A stretch of DNA of 64,000 nt from positions 1 to 64,000 of the IMG/VR virus record IMGVR_UViG_3300050138_000176; one strand, written 5' to 3'. The notes under the pieces were generated by a model that did no database searches, had not been told where the DNA came from, and saw only the letters and a list, made by a program, of their open reading frames with translations. The position numbers and the translations under genes are program-made. This stretch comes from a virus. Below, in pieces: positions 1 through 9,173 of the stretch. How positions within the stretch are numbered: position 1 is the stretch's first letter; the number at the start of each line of letters is the position of its first letter.

Positions 1-1
1 G

Positions 2-2224
2 GTCGCCGTGGACGCGAACTCCGCAACTCAGCTTGAGAAGCAGCGCAAGGTTCTCACGGCGAAGGGTGCCAAGCCTTTCTTCTCAGTCATGCACCGGACC
101 GAGGTGGCCGCGTTCTGGCCGAGCCGTTTCTTTTGGGATAAACGCATCGACGCGACCGGTTCTTTCGTTGATGGCGTATGGGCTGAAGGCGAATGGACAC
201 GCGCAGGCCGCGAGGCTGTCGAAGGAAAAGATTTCCGCACGTTCAGCCCCACATTTTTCGTGGACGCGATCCGCGACGACGAACGGAATCCTGCTCAAGT
301 TGTCTGCGAACCAGAAGCCAAGGCCAATATGGGCGCGCTGGAAAACGACCCGGCATTCCAAGCCGCAATGTCGCCGCTCTGGTGCAACCGCGCAGCCTTA
401 AACCAATTTCCCGCCACAACGGCGGCAAACGCCGGAGCACCCGGTGGAACCAACAAAGGAACAATGAAAATAAACAAAAATACACCACCCGCCGAGCTCC
501 AGGCGCGCAAGCAGGACTTGACGCTGACGGCCAACGGGCTGCGTGGCAAAACTGACCCGGTGGCCGTCGCCAACCTGACGGCGGCAGAGAACGAAATGGA
601 CCTGATTGACGCCACGATGGCGTTGCAGGCGCAACAGGGTGACATCGACATCACCAATGCGGCGCTTCAGGCCCGGCGCGAGCAGGACGCCGACGCCTGC
701 ATCTCGGACATGGAACAGGTTGGCTTGATCAAGCCGCTGGACCGTGAACTCAAGGCGGCCCAGCGCGAACAGTTCATCCGTGACCCGAAGTCAATCGAAA
801 CCCAGCGGCGCATCATGGCGAGCATGGGCGGGTTGCAGGTCGCAGCGGCTCGAACTGGCGCAGGTGGCGCAGTCGCCCGTCAGGTCGCACCGAACGCACA
901 GGCGATGGATGCAGCGCGTGGAGCCGGCAGCTACCAGGTCGGCTGGGACATGACCGGCGCGTTCCGCAAGTACATGGAAATTGTCGCCGCGCAGACGAAC
1001 ATCGACTGGGCTGACAAGCAGCGCCAGCAGGACAACTACATCCGCAAAGGACGCCTCGCCCTCCAAGCCGGCGCGTTCTACAAGACTGAACTGGCTCCCA
1101 ACCTCGCTTCGTGGGAACACTGCGACATGAAGGAGCTCGGCGGCCGCATCGGCCTCTGTGCCGCGAAAGGCAGCACGACCAAGATCGAGCTGAAGGCCGC
1201 GCATGAGATCCAGGCGGCGGACTACAGCGACGACAACGCGCCCAGCAACGTGCTCGGTGTGCTGTCCGGCACGCTGGTGCTGCAACGGTGCCTGCCGAAG
1301 TTCGCGTGGGAATACCCGGAACTGTTGAGCATGTACACAGACTTCTCGGACGAGCCGGGCCTGTACAACCAGACCATGACAACCCACATCGTCAACCAGG
1401 TCGCGGTGCAGTTGTTTGACCCGACCAGCGATGGAACCGGCCGCCCGAAAGGCTGGTCCACGGTGTCGCCGGCCTCCGTCACCGACGCGCCGATCACCCT
1501 GACCGCGCACATCGGTGTGCCGATTGTGTTCGGTCAAAACCAGCTCGCGGCCACGGCGCGCAAGCTGTTCGATGAACAGGCCGACCTCGGCATCAAGTCG
1601 ATTGCGGATTACTTCACCAGCATGTTGACCGCGCTGTTCACGGACGCGAACTACAACGCGTATGTCACCGGGCCGACGGCCACTGTGCCGAACCCGATGG
1701 CGCACTACATTCAGGACATCGGCAAGTGGTCTATGACCGACCTGGACGCGCTGGACGCCATGTTCACCAGCAACAAGGTGCCGGAGAAGGACCGCGGCAT
1801 CATGCTGTCGCCGACCTACTACGCGAAACTGCGCGGCGACCCCCGCCTGTTGCAGATGTATCAGGCGTCCGCCAAGAGCCTGACCGGTGTCAGCGACTTC
1901 ACGACCGAGGCCAAGCTGCCGAAGCTGTCCGGTTTCGCGCCGTTCAAGTCGCCCTACCTGCCGGTCACGAACAACCTGGTCGGGTTCGCCTACCAGAAGT
2001 CGGCGTGCATGTTGAAGTCCCGCCTCCCGCAGGACTTCACAAGCGCAGTCAATGCGATGATACCTGGTTCCGTTACCACGATCACCGACCCGGACACCAA
2101 GATCAGCGTCATGCTGGTCCAGTACGTGAGCCTGCAAGGCGGCTGGGCCGAATGGCGGCCCGAAGTCATGCTCGGCACGGCGGTCGGCGACAAGCGCGCT
2201 GGACTCCGCATCACGAGCGCCTAA
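2..2224 (+). CDS. Mu-like prohead protease / scaffold / major capsid protein in one ORF (5' end probably outside the window)
   Basis: The N-terminus has Mu gpI-like protease motifs (EWTRAGREAVEGKDFRTFSPTF, GALENDPAF). A helical Ala/Gln-rich middle follows, then a capsid-like C-terminus (VPEKDRGIMLSPTYYAKL, GFAYQKSA, GTAVGD). The frame is open to the window edge. Confidence 0.8.
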   Translation, partial: VAVDANSATQLEKQRKVLTAKGAKPFFSVMHRTEVAAFWPSRFFWDKRIDATGSFVDGVWAEGEWTRAGREAVEGKDFRTFSPTFFVDAIRDDERNPAQVVCEPEAKANMGALENDPAFQAAMSPLWCNRAALNQFPATTAANAGAPGGTNKGTMKINKNTPPAELQARKQDLTLTANGLRGKTDPVAVANLTAAENEMDLIDATMALQAQQGDIDITNAALQARREQDADACISDMEQVGLIKPLDRELKAAQREQFIRDPKSIETQRRIMASMGGLQVAAARTGAGGAVARQVAPNAQAMDAARGAGSYQVGWDMTGAFRKYMEIVAAQTNIDWADKQRQQDNYIRKGRLALQAGAFYKTELAPNLASWEHCDMKELGGRIGLCAAKGSTTKIELKAAHEIQAADYSDDNAPSNVLGVLSGTLVLQRCLPKFAWEYPELLSMYTDFSDEPGLYNQTMTTHIVNQVAVQLFDPTSDGTGRPKGWSTVSPASVTDAPITLTAHIGVPIVFGQNQLAATARKLFDEQADLGIKSIADYFTSMLTALFTDANYNAYVTGPTATVPNPMAHYIQDIGKWSMTDLDALDAMFTSNKVPEKDRGIMLSPTYYAKLRGDPRLLQMYQASAKSLTGVSDFTTEAKLPKLSGFAPFKSPYLPVTNNLVGFAYQKSACMLKSRLPQDFTSAVNAMIPGSVTTITDPDTKISVMLVQYVSLQGGWAEWRPEVMLGTAVGDKRAGLRITSA

Positions 2225-2235
2225 CCAACTTGAGA

Positions 2236-2259
2236 AGTCCTGGCCGGGTGGCCGGGACT
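2236..2259 (+). other. Intergenic stem-loop after the capsid gene
   Basis: AGTCCTGGCC-GGGT-GGCCGGGACT, with no strong U tract. Confidence 0.5.
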
Positions 2260-2296
2260 CCTTAAACCAATCACAACCAAAGAAAGAAATAATAAA

Positions 2297-2911
2297 ATGA
2301 ACATCTTCAAGAAAATCGAAGGCAGCGTGAAGACGCTGATCACTGTCGGCGCAATAGCGCTGGCGGCAGCCGGGTTCGCGCCACGGGCGGCGGCGGACGG
2401 AGCCACAGTGGCGATGCAGACCACGAACAACCTGGCGCCGGGCGACACCAACATTGTCGGCTACCCGACCAACGGGACGACCCACTACCAGACCGGTGCG
2501 GGCGTCAACGTGGATGGCATGGAGAGTTACATCTTCATGTGCTCCGGGTTCCTGAGCAACAGCACGGCGGCGGTGATCTACGTGCAGTTGACGACTGCGG
2601 CCGCCAGTCCGGGCCGCGGATCTGGCCCGCAATTCCTCGGCGCGACGACCAATCAGAATGACTGGGCGTACCAAGGGTACGGCACCGCGTCGTTCTCGAT
2701 CCAGGTGCCGGCGGACACCAACTGGTTCAACTGGCAGACCAACATCGCGAGCACGACGGTCGCCGGCCAGGCGGGGTGGATTGGCATCTACAAGCTGACG
2801 AACAACTTCGCCGCCGGCCAGATGCTGACCAACCCGGTCGGGTCGAACGGCAACGGACTGTTCTTCATCTACAAGAAGGTGAAGCCGGTCATCCTGAACG
2901 GCGGGTTCTAG
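2297..2911 (+). CDS. Signal-peptide-bearing beta-rich protein, possibly capsid decoration
   Basis: A-rich leader; N-terminal basic plus hydrophobic stretch ending in AAA-D; sits directly after the capsid gene. Confidence 0.6.
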   Translation: MNIFKKIEGSVKTLITVGAIALAAAGFAPRAAADGATVAMQTTNNLAPGDTNIVGYPTNGTTHYQTGAGVNVDGMESYIFMCSGFLSNSTAAVIYVQLTTAAASPGRGSGPQFLGATTNQNDWAYQGYGTASFSIQVPADTNWFNWQTNIASTTVAGQAGWIGIYKLTNNFAAGQMLTNPVGSNGNGLFFIYKKVKPVILNGGF

Positions 2912-2951
2912 GCATTAAACGCACCGCTGCGGCGGTCACTCGGTCAACAGC

Positions 2952-2980
2952 GCCCGGCGGCAGTTCGTGCCGCCGGGCTT
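2952..2980 (+). terminator. GC-rich hairpin, possible terminator
   Basis: Perfect 11-bp stem GCCCGGCGGCA-GTTCG-TGCCGCCGGGC followed by only TT. Confidence 0.45.
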
Positions 2981-2997
2981 CAGGAAAGGCGAACACA

Positions 2998-3402
2998 ATG
3001 GTTGACATGGTTCCAGTCCAGTCCAGCAACATAAAGGCCATCGGGCACGACGAGGCCGCCGCCGAGCTGCATGTGCAGTTCCACAACGGCGGCCTGTTCG
3101 TGTTCAAAGGAGTCGGCGCCGACGTGTTCGGCCAGTTCCTGACCGCGGACAGCAAGGGCCAGTTCTTCCACCAGAATATCAAGGACATGTTTCCGTGCGA
3201 CAGCAAGGTGGTCGCCACGGAGAACCCGGCGACGATCCTGCATCTGGACGTGACCTGCGGCGTGTGCGGCGAGGAGATGGGCCACAACCGGAATTCAACC
3301 ACGCAGCCGGCGACTGTCTGGTGCAACAACCGGGACTGCCGCCAGACCGGCAAGCGGTTCAAGGCGCCGGTCACAGCTACCGAACTGGAGGAGATAGTCT
3401 AA
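2998..3402 (+). CDS. KTSC-domain protein with C-terminal Zn ribbon
   Basis: VPVQSSNIKAIGHD...LHVQFHNG...FLTADSKGQFFHQNIK is the KTSC pattern, followed by CGVC...CNNRDC. Confidence 0.8.
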   Translation: MVDMVPVQSSNIKAIGHDEAAAELHVQFHNGGLFVFKGVGADVFGQFLTADSKGQFFHQNIKDMFPCDSKVVATENPATILHLDVTCGVCGEEMGHNRNSTTQPATVWCNNRDCRQTGKRFKAPVTATELEEIV

Positions 3403-4190
3403 TGGCCTGGCGCCCGCTAACCACCGCCGACTACAAGTTTGCGCCTGCCGAACTGGCCGCGCTGAACGCAGTGGCTGGTGCCAGCACCGGACTGACGGCG
3501 TCCATTGGCGTCGTGGTGCGGGAATGGGTTGGCGCGATGGCGGCGGCAGGCAACGAGGTCAACACGGACGGCACAGTGCCCGACCAGTTGCGGCGGCATA
3601 TCATCGCGCTGGCGGTCTGGAACTGGCTGCGGGACTTCCCGAAGTTCAGCTTCGCCAAGACGCCGGAGCGGCAGAAGGCCGCCGAGGAAGCGGATCGCAT
3701 CTACGAAACGATCTGCCGCAAGACCTACGGGGCAATCGAGTCGCCGTCTGGCGTCCAATCGACCGGCGTCATGTGGAACAGCCAGCCGAAAATCATGGGC
3801 CGGATGCAGCCGGTGCCGCTGCCGGAGCAGCAGTTGCAACGGTCGCCGACGCAGGTCTATGCGAACCCAAATGCGCCGCGGGACAACGTGCGGGTGGACG
3901 GCGGCGTGCTCGCGCAGCCGAACGGGTTGCAGGCGTGGAACAAGGGAACAAGCATCCTGCTGTCGTGGCTGCCGGTGCCATGGGCGGAGTCGTATTCAAT
4001 CTACCGTGCCACGACGAGCGGCGCGGAGACCCTGTTGCAGGCGGACGTGGGCGAGACAAATTTCCAGGACAACACCGGGCTGACCAACCTGACGATTTAT
4101 TATTACCGGGTCACGGCGACCAATGACACCGGCGAGTCCTGTGCCAGCGGCGAGGCGAGCGCCAAACTTGACAGCTCGAAGATACCATGA
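3402..4190 (+). CDS. Mu gp36-like head-tail adaptor fused to a fibronectin type III domain
   Basis: Helical N-terminal half in the adaptor position; C-terminal LSW...AESYSIYR...YYYRVTATND.GES FN3 signature. Confidence 0.65.
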   Translation: MAWRPLTTADYKFAPAELAALNAVAGASTGLTASIGVVVREWVGAMAAAGNEVNTDGTVPDQLRRHIIALAVWNWLRDFPKFSFAKTPERQKAAEEADRIYETICRKTYGAIESPSGVQSTGVMWNSQPKIMGRMQPVPLPEQQLQRSPTQVYANPNAPRDNVRVDGGVLAQPNGLQAWNKGTSILLSWLPVPWAESYSIYRATTSGAETLLQADVGETNFQDNTGLTNLTIYYYRVTATNDTGESCASGEASAKLDSSKIP

Positions 4191-4930
4191 ACATCCTGAC
4201 CATACCCCACAAGGAGTTCATGGACCTGGCCGTGTGCGCGGCGGCGGCGGATCTGGAGGCTGTTACGGCAGGCCGCAGCAGCAAGTCGCTGAACACTTTC
4301 CTGTCCGCGTGTCCGCCCGCCGACCGTCCCAGCCGCTACGAGCCGCTGTGCTGCGTCGGCGCGGGCGGCGTGTTCTCGCCGGGGCCAGAGTTTGATGACA
4401 TGGTGGACGACACCATCCACCTGATGACCACCAAAGGCGCCGGCCAGATCAATAAAGCGACTGCGCGCCTCAAGCTCAAGCAGTGGCTCAAGGATCATCA
4501 CTACAAGCCGCAGGCGCCCGGCAGCGCCAGCGACCTGAGCACGGATACGCGGCTAGACCTAATCCTTTCTGTCCAAACAAGGATGCGAAGAGCCGAGAAA
4601 CAATATGACCAAGATACAACAAGGCTTGCCAAGTCAATGTATCCAGCTTGGGAATTTACTCGCATAGAGAACCGGCGCGAGCCGAGACCCTGGAGTGAGG
4701 TTTGGCAGGAACATGGGGGACAATTCTATCCCGGTCCAAGCAGCTACCCAGAAGGCAGAATGATAGCCCGTAAAGACTCTAGCATCTGGACTGAGATAAA
4801 CAGGTTTGGAAATAATTTTGGACCCTGGGATTTTAACAGTGGCATGGGCACTCGTCAGGTAGATAGGGACACCTGTATAAGATACCGCATTATAAGAGCG
4901 GATGAATTTCTATTGAAGGAGGCGGCATAA
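4187..4930 (+). CDS. Mu gpF-like head morphogenesis protein
   Basis: RLDLIL..QTRM, YPAWEF.R...RREPR, and PWDFNSGM motifs. Confidence 0.6.
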   Translation: MNILTIPHKEFMDLAVCAAAADLEAVTAGRSSKSLNTFLSACPPADRPSRYEPLCCVGAGGVFSPGPEFDDMVDDTIHLMTTKGAGQINKATARLKLKQWLKDHHYKPQAPGSASDLSTDTRLDLILSVQTRMRRAEKQYDQDTTRLAKSMYPAWEFTRIENRREPRPWSEVWQEHGGQFYPGPSSYPEGRMIARKDSSIWTEINRFGNNFGPWDFNSGMGTRQVDRDTCIRYRIIRADEFLLKEAA

Positions 4931-5033
4931 AATGAACTTGCTGCTTTTAATTTTAGTGTCAGTCGCTACAATAACGCAAAGGCCAACCGCTGTTAACGGC
5001 TGGCCTGAGCTAACCCACAACATAAGGATAGTT

Positions 5034-5822
5034 ATGATGCAAGCTGAGTTATTTAATAATGAAAAGGCAGCAAAGGTCAAGACCGGTCGTAAACCGATAA
5101 ACCTGGCTGGACAAGTATTTGGTAAACTCACTATTATTGAACAGGTGGACGACCCGCGCAAAGGTGCTCACTGGCGCTGCCTTTGCGAATGTGGCAATAC
5201 AACAGTCACGGCTGGTTGCCGAATCGTGTCAGGTAAAACTACTTCATGCGGATGCTGGAAAAGGAACTGCCAGCGCACTCACGGCATGGGGAAAACAAGC
5301 ACTTACTTATCATGGCAGGAAATGAAACGCCGAGTCACAGACCCCAATAAGGAAAGTTATAAATACTACGGCGCACGCGGCATTACAATCTGTGACCGGT
5401 GGAAAGAGTCTTTTGAGAACTTCCTTTCGGACATGGGGCCTCGCCCCGAAGGAACAACGCTGGACAGGAAGGAAGTAAACGGCAATTACGAACCAGATAA
5501 TTGCAAATGGTCCACTCAAAAGGAACAGTGCAACAACAGGCGCGATAACCGTCACATCACATGGAACGGTGAAACGCTAAACTTGGCGCAATGGGCCGAA
5601 CGAACCGGCATAGGCGAAGGCATAATCCGTGACAGGATAGATATTTGGAACTGGCCTGTCGAAAAAGCACTCACGAAACCGATTCGCGTTGTGAACCGCA
5701 TGATTACATTCCAAGGCAAAACTCAACTGATAGGCAAATGGGCTGAGGAGCTTGGAACTAAATACAATATTCTCTACCCAAAGGTGCTATCAGGCGAGTG
5801 GCCGCCAAAGGAGGCCGCATGA
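5034..5822 (+). CDS. HNH homing endonuclease
   Basis: GQVFGKLTII, WRCLCECG, SCGC, YGARGITIC.RW..FENFLSDMG, TLDRKEVNGNYEPDNCKW; AT-rich; AAGGA ribosome-binding site. Confidence 0.9.
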   Translation: MMQAELFNNEKAAKVKTGRKPINLAGQVFGKLTIIEQVDDPRKGAHWRCLCECGNTTVTAGCRIVSGKTTSCGCWKRNCQRTHGMGKTSTYLSWQEMKRRVTDPNKESYKYYGARGITICDRWKESFENFLSDMGPRPEGTTLDRKEVNGNYEPDNCKWSTQKEQCNNRRDNRHITWNGETLNLAQWAERTGIGEGIIRDRIDIWNWPVEKALTKPIRVVNRMITFQGKTQLIGKWAEELGTKYNILYPKVLSGEWPPKEAA

Positions 5823-6130
5823 ACCCGGTGCCAATCAAATTCACCGACGAGATATTCGAGACCATGGACGACAAGGGCCGCAACACGTCGCTGGTTCCCG
5901 GCTCCGCGCAGTGGGCCATGGAGCACGCGACCAAACCAGACAAGGTGTCCGGCATCCTGTTCGTGTGCCCGTGCGGCTGCAAGGCGGTTCGCAGCGTCCA
6001 CGTTACCGGCGACCGGGCCTGGCACTGGGACGGCAACATGGAACTGCCGACGCTGACGCCGAGCATCCTGATTGTGGGCGAGTGCGGCTGGCACGGGTTC
6101 CTGACGAAAGGAGTATTCATTACCTGCTGA
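5819..6130 (+). CDS. DUF6527-like Cys/His metal-binding protein
   Basis: FVCPCGC...W.WDG...PTLTPSI...CGWHGFLTKG. Confidence 0.7.
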   Translation: MNPVPIKFTDEIFETMDDKGRNTSLVPGSAQWAMEHATKPDKVSGILFVCPCGCKAVRSVHVTGDRAWHWDGNMELPTLTPSILIVGECGWHGFLTKGVFITC

Positions 6131-6810
6131 TGAATACCATCGATTTAAATATAACTGACGGCATTAGCAACGACCTGCAACGGCTCGCCGCCGAGGTTGA
6201 GGCTCCGCAGATCCGCGAGGCCGCCGGGCTGGCCGCCGTCGAGGAGGTCAAGGCGCACTTCACCAGGTTGGATGCAGAGAGGCCGAACAAGCTCGGCGGA
6301 AAGCGGCAGCACTTCTTCGCACAGGCTGCGGAGTCCGCGCTCTGGATGGAGCAGGGTGCCGACGTGGTTGTGGATGTGAGCGAGCCGCTGGGACTGCGCC
6401 AGGCCATTCAAGGCGGGCCGATCCTGCCGGGACCCGGCAAGAAGTACCTGACGATTCCGGCCATCGCCGAGGCGTACGGGCACCGGGCCGGCGAGTTCAG
6501 CAACCTGCGGCTCCTGTTCCGGCGCAAGGACGGCGCGGTTGAAGCCTACGCGCTGGCCGAGGCACAACAGCAGGAGGTCAAGATCAAGGACGGCAAGGTG
6601 CGCAAGGGCGCGCTGAAAGGCATGACCGTCCAGCGCAGCCTCGGTGGCGCGACCATCAAGACAGCTCCGACAATCTTCTTCTGGCTGGTCAAGGCGGTGA
6701 ACCAGACCGGCGACGGCAGCATAGCGCCCGACCCGGCTGCCGTGGCTGGCCGCGCAATGGGTGCCGTGCGGCAGTACCTGTCCGGGCTGCAAGGAGGCGT
6801 CAAGACATGA
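6130..6810 (+). CDS. Neck / virion morphogenesis protein
   Basis: Position between head and tail genes; GG.I.P..KKYLTIP motif. Confidence 0.55.
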   Translation: MNTIDLNITDGISNDLQRLAAEVEAPQIREAAGLAAVEEVKAHFTRLDAERPNKLGGKRQHFFAQAAESALWMEQGADVVVDVSEPLGLRQAIQGGPILPGPGKKYLTIPAIAEAYGHRAGEFSNLRLLFRRKDGAVEAYALAEAQQQEVKIKDGKVRKGALKGMTVQRSLGGATIKTAPTIFFWLVKAVNQTGDGSIAPDPAAVAGRAMGAVRQYLSGLQGGVKT

Positions 6811-7502
6811 GCATCCTGAAAGGCATCCAGCAGCAGGTCGCCGACCAACTGGTCGCCGACCCGAACTTCGCACTCATTCCGGTGCTGACCGAGGCGTTGA
6901 TGGATATTGACAGCCAGATTGCCATCGGCCTCGGCCCGTGGCAGCAGAAGGGTGCTGTTGGACTCGTCGCCATTGTTACCACGCCGACAGCCAATGCCAC
7001 ATGGCCGAACGTGCCCGGCCCGTTCTTTGACCATATCCCGGTCACGGTTACAATAATCGAGAACGTGCAGACCAACCGGATCGCGGGAGGCACACAGATA
7101 GACGCGCTTTCCTGCGCTGAGAACGTGTGCGCCGCGCTTCAGCATTTCTTCCCGCTGGACAGCAACGGGCCGCTGTTGCCGAAGCAGCCGACGATCCGTC
7201 TGGTGCCGGACCCGGACTACCTTTCTTACAACTGCTACTTTGAAACAATGGGCGGGATAAGAACCGTGACGCCGAACACGGCCACCGTGGCCGACTCCGT
7301 GACCGGCGGCGTCCACACGCTGACCTGCGCGACACCGGGAGCCGCGATCTTCTACACGACGGACGGCAGCCAGGCCAGCCCGCGCAACGCTGCGGCCACG
7401 CTCTACACGGCGCCGTTCACACCTGCCACCGGGCTGACGCTCACCGCAAGGGCGTGGCTCGCCGGCTACCTGGCGTCGCTGCCATTCACAATCGGGACAT
7501 GA
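6807..7502 (+). CDS. Tail terminator-like protein with C-terminal chitobiase/FN3-associated Ig domain
   Basis: Precedes the tail tube gene; C-terminal TLTCATPGAAIFYTTDGS..P....LYTAPF...LTARAW. Confidence 0.6.
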   Translation: MSILKGIQQQVADQLVADPNFALIPVLTEALMDIDSQIAIGLGPWQQKGAVGLVAIVTTPTANATWPNVPGPFFDHIPVTVTIIENVQTNRIAGGTQIDALSCAENVCAALQHFFPLDSNGPLLPKQPTIRLVPDPDYLSYNCYFETMGGIRTVTPNTATVADSVTGGVHTLTCATPGAAIFYTTDGSQASPRNAAATLYTAPFTPATGLTLTARAWLAGYLASLPFTIGT

Positions 7503-7527
7503 ACAATCAACCAATCGAAAGCAAACT

Positions 7528-8487
7528 ATGAACCCAGTACTACCAGTAATCGTAACCGGGCCGGCCATCCTGATCTGGAACGGCTACAGCTACTACACGA
7601 AGTCCGGCATCACCATGGACTTCAAGCGCGAGACCTTCAACGTGGAGTCCGACACCGACGGCCGGATCGACGAGCGCATGAAAAGCCAGCAGACCGACGT
7701 GACCTTCACTCCGGTCGGCATGATAAACTCGCTGACCAAGTATTTCCCGTACGGGGTCGGCAACGTCGGCTCGTCGCTGTTCGGCGCAAGCCCGCTGCCG
7801 CTGGTCATCCAGACCAAGTTCGGCGGCGGCTCGAACACCGGCCAGACGATCACGTTCCCGAAGTCGGCGGTCAGCAAGACGCCGCCGCTCCGGCTGCACA
7901 GCCAGGACACGCTGTTCGGCGACATGGCGTTCACCTGCCTCGGCGTGCCGACCGTCCAGCAGAACGTGGCCACGGCGTGGAGCGTGCTGGTTGATAACGC
8001 GTTCGCGGACGCCACGTTCGACGAGACCAAGATCGTCACGGACATCTACCAGGCCGCGTACGGCTCCTCGCCCTACAACGCGATGGGCAGCATGAACGGG
8101 TTTGAAATGGACCTGGGAATCGAGACGGAGAACATCTACGCGGACGACTTCGGTCTGGCCGAGATTATTCTCAAGTCACTGATCGCGACCTGCCGGTTCA
8201 CGCCGTCCAGCCTGACCGAGGCCCAGTACCGGACGCTGCTCGCCGCACAGGACTCCACATTCGTGTTTCCAGGCCAGTCCCTGTCAAAGTCCAACACCAA
8301 CTTCGTGGTGGCCGGCACCGGCAACAACGGGCTGACGCTGACCGCGACCATAATCAACGCCGGACCGAAGCAGGGCCAGACCATGTACTCGACCGGCAAG
8401 CACCGGCTCGGCCCGCTGGAGTTCACCAGCAAGCGGACATGGACGGGCGGCACGCCGAACGCGCTGTTCACACTGGCGATAACGTAA
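7528..8487 (+). CDS. Probable major tail tube protein
   Basis: Position; beta-rich with an N-terminal IVTGPAIL motif; strong codon bias. Confidence 0.6.
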   Translation: MNPVLPVIVTGPAILIWNGYSYYTKSGITMDFKRETFNVESDTDGRIDERMKSQQTDVTFTPVGMINSLTKYFPYGVGNVGSSLFGASPLPLVIQTKFGGGSNTGQTITFPKSAVSKTPPLRLHSQDTLFGDMAFTCLGVPTVQQNVATAWSVLVDNAFADATFDETKIVTDIYQAAYGSSPYNAMGSMNGFEMDLGIETENIYADDFGLAEIILKSLIATCRFTPSSLTEAQYRTLLAAQDSTFVFPGQSLSKSNTNFVVAGTGNNGLTLTATIINAGPKQGQTMYSTGKHRLGPLEFTSKRTWTGGTPNALFTLAIT

Positions 8488-8507
8488 CTTTGCAGCCGCA
8501 TGGACAC

Positions 8508-8735
8508 ATGGAACCGACAGCGAAACCAGCGCCGCCGAAGCCGGAGAACTTCTACTGCTTCCACGTCACGGCGGAGCGGGCGCACGCCAGCCACCCGATT
8601 CACCTCGGCGGCGGGGTGGTTGTCAACGTGTGCGACCTGTGCTGGGGAACCATCGAGGCCAGGGTGCTGCGCGGTGTGCTGGAGCGGTCGGCGGCAACCG
8701 TGCTGCGTGATGAATCGTGGAGGATGCCGTCGTGA
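8508..8735 (+). CDS. Small hypothetical protein with CxxC
   Basis: Fills the gap and overlaps the next start (GTGA). Confidence 0.45.
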   Translation: MEPTAKPAPPKPENFYCFHVTAERAHASHPIHLGGGVVVNVCDLCWGTIEARVLRGVLERSAATVLRDESWRMPS

Positions 8736-9172
8736 AAATAATAATGACATGGTCGGCGACCGGCACCTCGGCGGCGACGAGCTTCACGCTGGTGGACAGC
8801 CCTGGAATCGTGCCGTACACCAACCTGTCCATCTCGGCCAGCCGGTCAATCCAGCGGGACAACGTGGTCCGGGCCAGGCAGCCGGTGTTCTCGGACCGGC
8901 GCAACCGCTCCACCGAGGTCACGTTCAACACGACGCGGCTGTTTGCGGACCCGCCGACCGCCGAGGCGTTTCTAATGATGCACGAAACCATGTTCCCGGA
9001 CGGCCAGCGGTTCCTGGTCACGTTCCAGAGCGGGAACGGCGTGGCCGTGGCCTCGAAATACCTGGCGAACGCCGTGGTGCAGTCCATTCAGAGCACGATC
9101 TCCGGGGCCACCACGCGGCACAGCTACCGGATCACCGGCGGCGTGTTCACAACCAACAAGGCGGGAACCTGA
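8732..9172 (+). CDS. Tail-associated protein (distal-tail-like)
   Basis: GGAGG before a GTG start; beta-rich; in the tail operon. Confidence 0.5.
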   Translation: MKIIMTWSATGTSAATSFTLVDSPGIVPYTNLSISASRSIQRDNVVRARQPVFSDRRNRSTEVTFNTTRLFADPPTAEAFLMMHETMFPDGQRFLVTFQSGNGVAVASKYLANAVVQSIQSTISGATTRHSYRITGGVFTTNKAGT

Positions 9173-9173
9173 T

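Noticed and set aside
791-2674. 627-aa minus-strand ORF and many similar antisense ORFs
   Set aside because: They are shadows of GC3-biased plus-strand genes, with Arg/Gly/His-rich composition and no motifs.
4913-5822. Target-site duplication around the HNH (both ORFs end KEAA)
   Set aside because: GGAGGCNGC(A/T)TGA is a ribosome-binding site plus start/stop overlap that recurs at 34807, 52431 and 63385, so it is not specific to an insertion.
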